Assembly: GCA_037379345.1 (NCBI GenBank)
Contig: CM074513.1
Location: forward strand, 53,981,195-54,045,194
Origin: Perna viridis
Taxonomy: Eukaryota
Reading direction: 5' to 3'
DNA length: 64,000 nucleotides
In this document: in pieces, positions 61,201-64,000 of the stretch
Numbering within the stretch: the first letter of the stretch is position 1
Layout of the letters: each line of letters starts with the position of its first letter
Made by a program: the position numbers and the translations under genes
The notes under the pieces: model-generated
What the model saw: only the letters and a program-made list of their open reading frames with translations
Database searches by the model: none
Told to the model about the DNA's origin: nothing

Positions 61201-63774
61201 TGTGTAGGTCTGTTTCTTACACTTTTTTGTTTTCTTTGTAGTCTTGGTATTTTGTCACAAGCTTTGTAAAGGTGTGCCATATTGTACTGATTTTAAGCTT
61301 GGACAAAAACAACTTTCATGACTGTTTAAATCACATACTGTAGATAGGTTGCAGTGATATCACTAGTGGGCATTGGCTCACAGTTTTCTTCTTTATATAG
61401 TCTTAGTATAAATTGGTGTGTATAATTTAGTATAAATTTAAATCAGTGGAAAATTGTAGTAAAGACAAGGAACACATAAATGTCAGTATGAAGCTTTACA
61501 TTGGATTCCGAAACTTTGTGAAGTTTTTAAGTAAAAAATGATACGAAAATGACAACAGTTTTTTGTCTGCTTTATATTTTATTGTCTTTTCACATTTAAA
61601 AAAGAAAATATCAAAAAAATTAGTTTGAACATATAATATTATTGAGGCGTTACTGATTTTCTTCATAAGAAGATTAATTCCTTATTAACTTCAAAGACAG
61701 GACAGAATGTCATGTGAAACTTTCCTATTTTAAATTTCAAATTTGTATTACATCAAATATTTTATTTAGAATTGAGACAAATAATCCATCTTGAAACTTT
61801 GGTCAAAAAGCAAATATTATGTCTGACTGATTTTGAAAAAATATACATGCATCTGAAGCTGGGTCATGTTGAAAAGAAGTAGCCTAGAACCATTTTAAAA
61901 CCTGTTTAGGCTGTGACCTGAGTCATTGGTTGTAATTCTGAAGTACTATTATTGAAATTAGCAGCTGGTTCCCACCAGCCCTGTTAAGTCTCTATTGTTT
62001 TGGCTATGATCTCTGGAGTGCATCAACCCTGTCAAGTCTAAAAAGTTCAGTGTCCTGCCAATCCTATTTTGGGATACTTTATTTTGGTATTTAGTTTGCA
62101 TGATGATTTGCTTCAGTTTGGTGTAGATTCTTATAAAATGTAATGAATACAGATAAAATTAAAATAGTTACTAAAACCATTTGATGAAGATAAAATCAGA
62201 TGACCTGTTACAATGCTACATGCTGGCAGGAGTAGGTTCATAAAGTACCCTGACGTCAAATGTTTGATAACATTAAAACATCTAGGAAGTTTTCTATTAC
62301 TGATGAGGGCCTCAGCAGAGTAATGGTATTTTTACAACTTTGATGAAATATCAATATTACATGCAGATTGATGGTATAAATATTGATGAAAGCTACTGAA
62401 AGCTTCAAATTTCGTAATCATTTTTATGAGAAAAGGTATTATTTCTTCTCTGTAGCCTGATATAACAGTGCACATCTGCTTGTTAATGAAATAAGGTAAT
62501 TTAAAGAAGAAGCATTTTTGCATAGCAGGGGTTAATGAACAGTTAACCTTTTGGTGAATATAAACAAGTGTAATTTGTGTCTGGGTAGAGGTATTGATTA
62601 AAGATTCCTTTAGATTTGATGTTCTGAAAAGTGGACAGAAAATAAAAATCTCTTAAGAGCCTGATTGTAGTAAACATTTACTTAAAGTAACTTAAAAATA
62701 GTTAAATTCATACAAGAAAAATGTCAGTAAATTTAAGTATATTTGTGAACCTAAACAGTAATGGAAATATGTTTATCAAGGTAAGGTACATGAAAATGTA
62801 TTGAACAATCCCAAGCCTCTGTTTAATAAAATCATATGGAAGGTCATCTTTCTTAAGTAGGCTCTAGGACAAGGCAATAACATGATTATTATGGTTATTT
62901 TGGCCATGAATGAGCTGTATTTACTGCCTCTGATAAAGTCTTCCTATATGTCCATAAAATAAAGATATATATTGATCATTCTCTTAAAATAACTAGCTTG
63001 GAAATATTTACTTCTCAACCTCTCTTCTGGCTTTTGAGAGTTAAGTACACTTTTCACTTCATTTAGTGGAGTTATGATACTTTAGCCTTCAATTTGTCTT
63101 GTATTTGTGGATTATATACCATGAAGACATAAGGTTTCTTTATTTTGTCTTTTTCTTCATGTTATGTTTTTTTTTATTTTAGGGGTTAATTTACAGGTCA
63201 GTCCAAGTGCCATAAAATCATGCAGTTGGGTTGTTATAATGCAATTAAATTAGATTTGAAATTTGAAACAAATTATTACACTTCATTATAGTACATGTAT
63301 TAGTGAAATTTTGATGATTCCACTTAATTTGTCAAAATCTGTAAATATTGGTCAACTTGACTGCTAAAATAGTAGCTATTTCCACCATATGTTGGCCTGT
63401 GTTTATTTCATATTACTGGTGCGTTATATTTCACAGGGATGGAACCTGTGACACTATAGATGTTGTCATACAAATTCAAAATTTTCTGCTTTCTTTTTAA
63501 CCTTAATTTGACTTGTATCACACTGGTGGTTTGGTTAATAGAATTAATAACCCCATTAGGTGGGGATATACTATTTTACCCTTTCATGTCCATCTCTCTG
63601 ACACTTTTTTTAGTAACAGTTTTCTCAGTTACTTTTTGTCATGGCTACTTTTTTTATTTTAAACTTGTGTAACAACAATTTCCAGTTTGACAAGTCTGTG
63701 AAATATTTGGACCATAAACTTAAATTGGGGTGCAGTGATACCACTAGCGGTATCGGCTCACATTTAATGTTTAA

Positions 63775-64000
63775 CTTCTTTGGGCAAGATTGGTGATCCA
63801 GTACATCCTTACTGTGGTTGGCTGATTCTCTCTAATTCTTTGGGCAAGTTTGGTTATCCATTACAACCTTACAGTGGTTGGCTGATTCTCTCTTAATTCT
63901 TTAGGCAAGTTTGGTGATCCAGTACATCCTTACTGTGGTTGGCTGATTCTCTTTAATTCATTGGGCAAGTTTGGTTATCCATTACAACCTTACTGTGGTT
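63775..64000. repeat. ~60-bp tandem repeat with alternating A/B monomers, running off the window
   Basis: Units start near 63781, 63841, 63902 and 63962; gatccagtacatcc alternates with tatccattacaacc. Confidence 0.9.

Overview
AT-rich eukaryotic genomic DNA with spliceosomal GT-AG introns. The repeat content (Meta/Deu- and V-type SINEs, Helentron-associated elements, Naiad-type Penelope-like fragments) suggests a bivalve mollusc; this is an inference. Four genes can be read by hand. (1) The first coding exon of an HPGD-like short-chain dehydrogenase (- strand, 2922-3008); no further exons were found in the window. (2) A 1234-aa, mostly disordered orphan protein whose CDS is a single exon (+, 7339-11043). 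(3) A complete 23-coding-exon ankycorbin/RAI14-UACA-ANKRD24 family gene (-, 37653-15793, about 1029 aa, all intron phases consistent). (4) The first three coding exons of a furin-like proprotein convertase (+, 46874-58291), continuing beyond the window. Introns and intergenic DNA hold many MITEs, SINEs, retroelement fragments and minisatellites. The most notable observations are: a three-exon, phase-0 module in the ankycorbin gene that reads as a degenerate BET BD2-type bromodomain lacking the acetyl-lysine pocket; a 164-bp inverted copy of one ankycorbin splice acceptor fused to a Penelope-like 3' end; a multi-stem RNA structure shared by the Penelope-like 3' UTR copies; and clustered HCF-1, eh1 and SUMO-type motifs in the orphan protein. 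All family assignments come from manual translation and remembered reference sequences; no searches were run.
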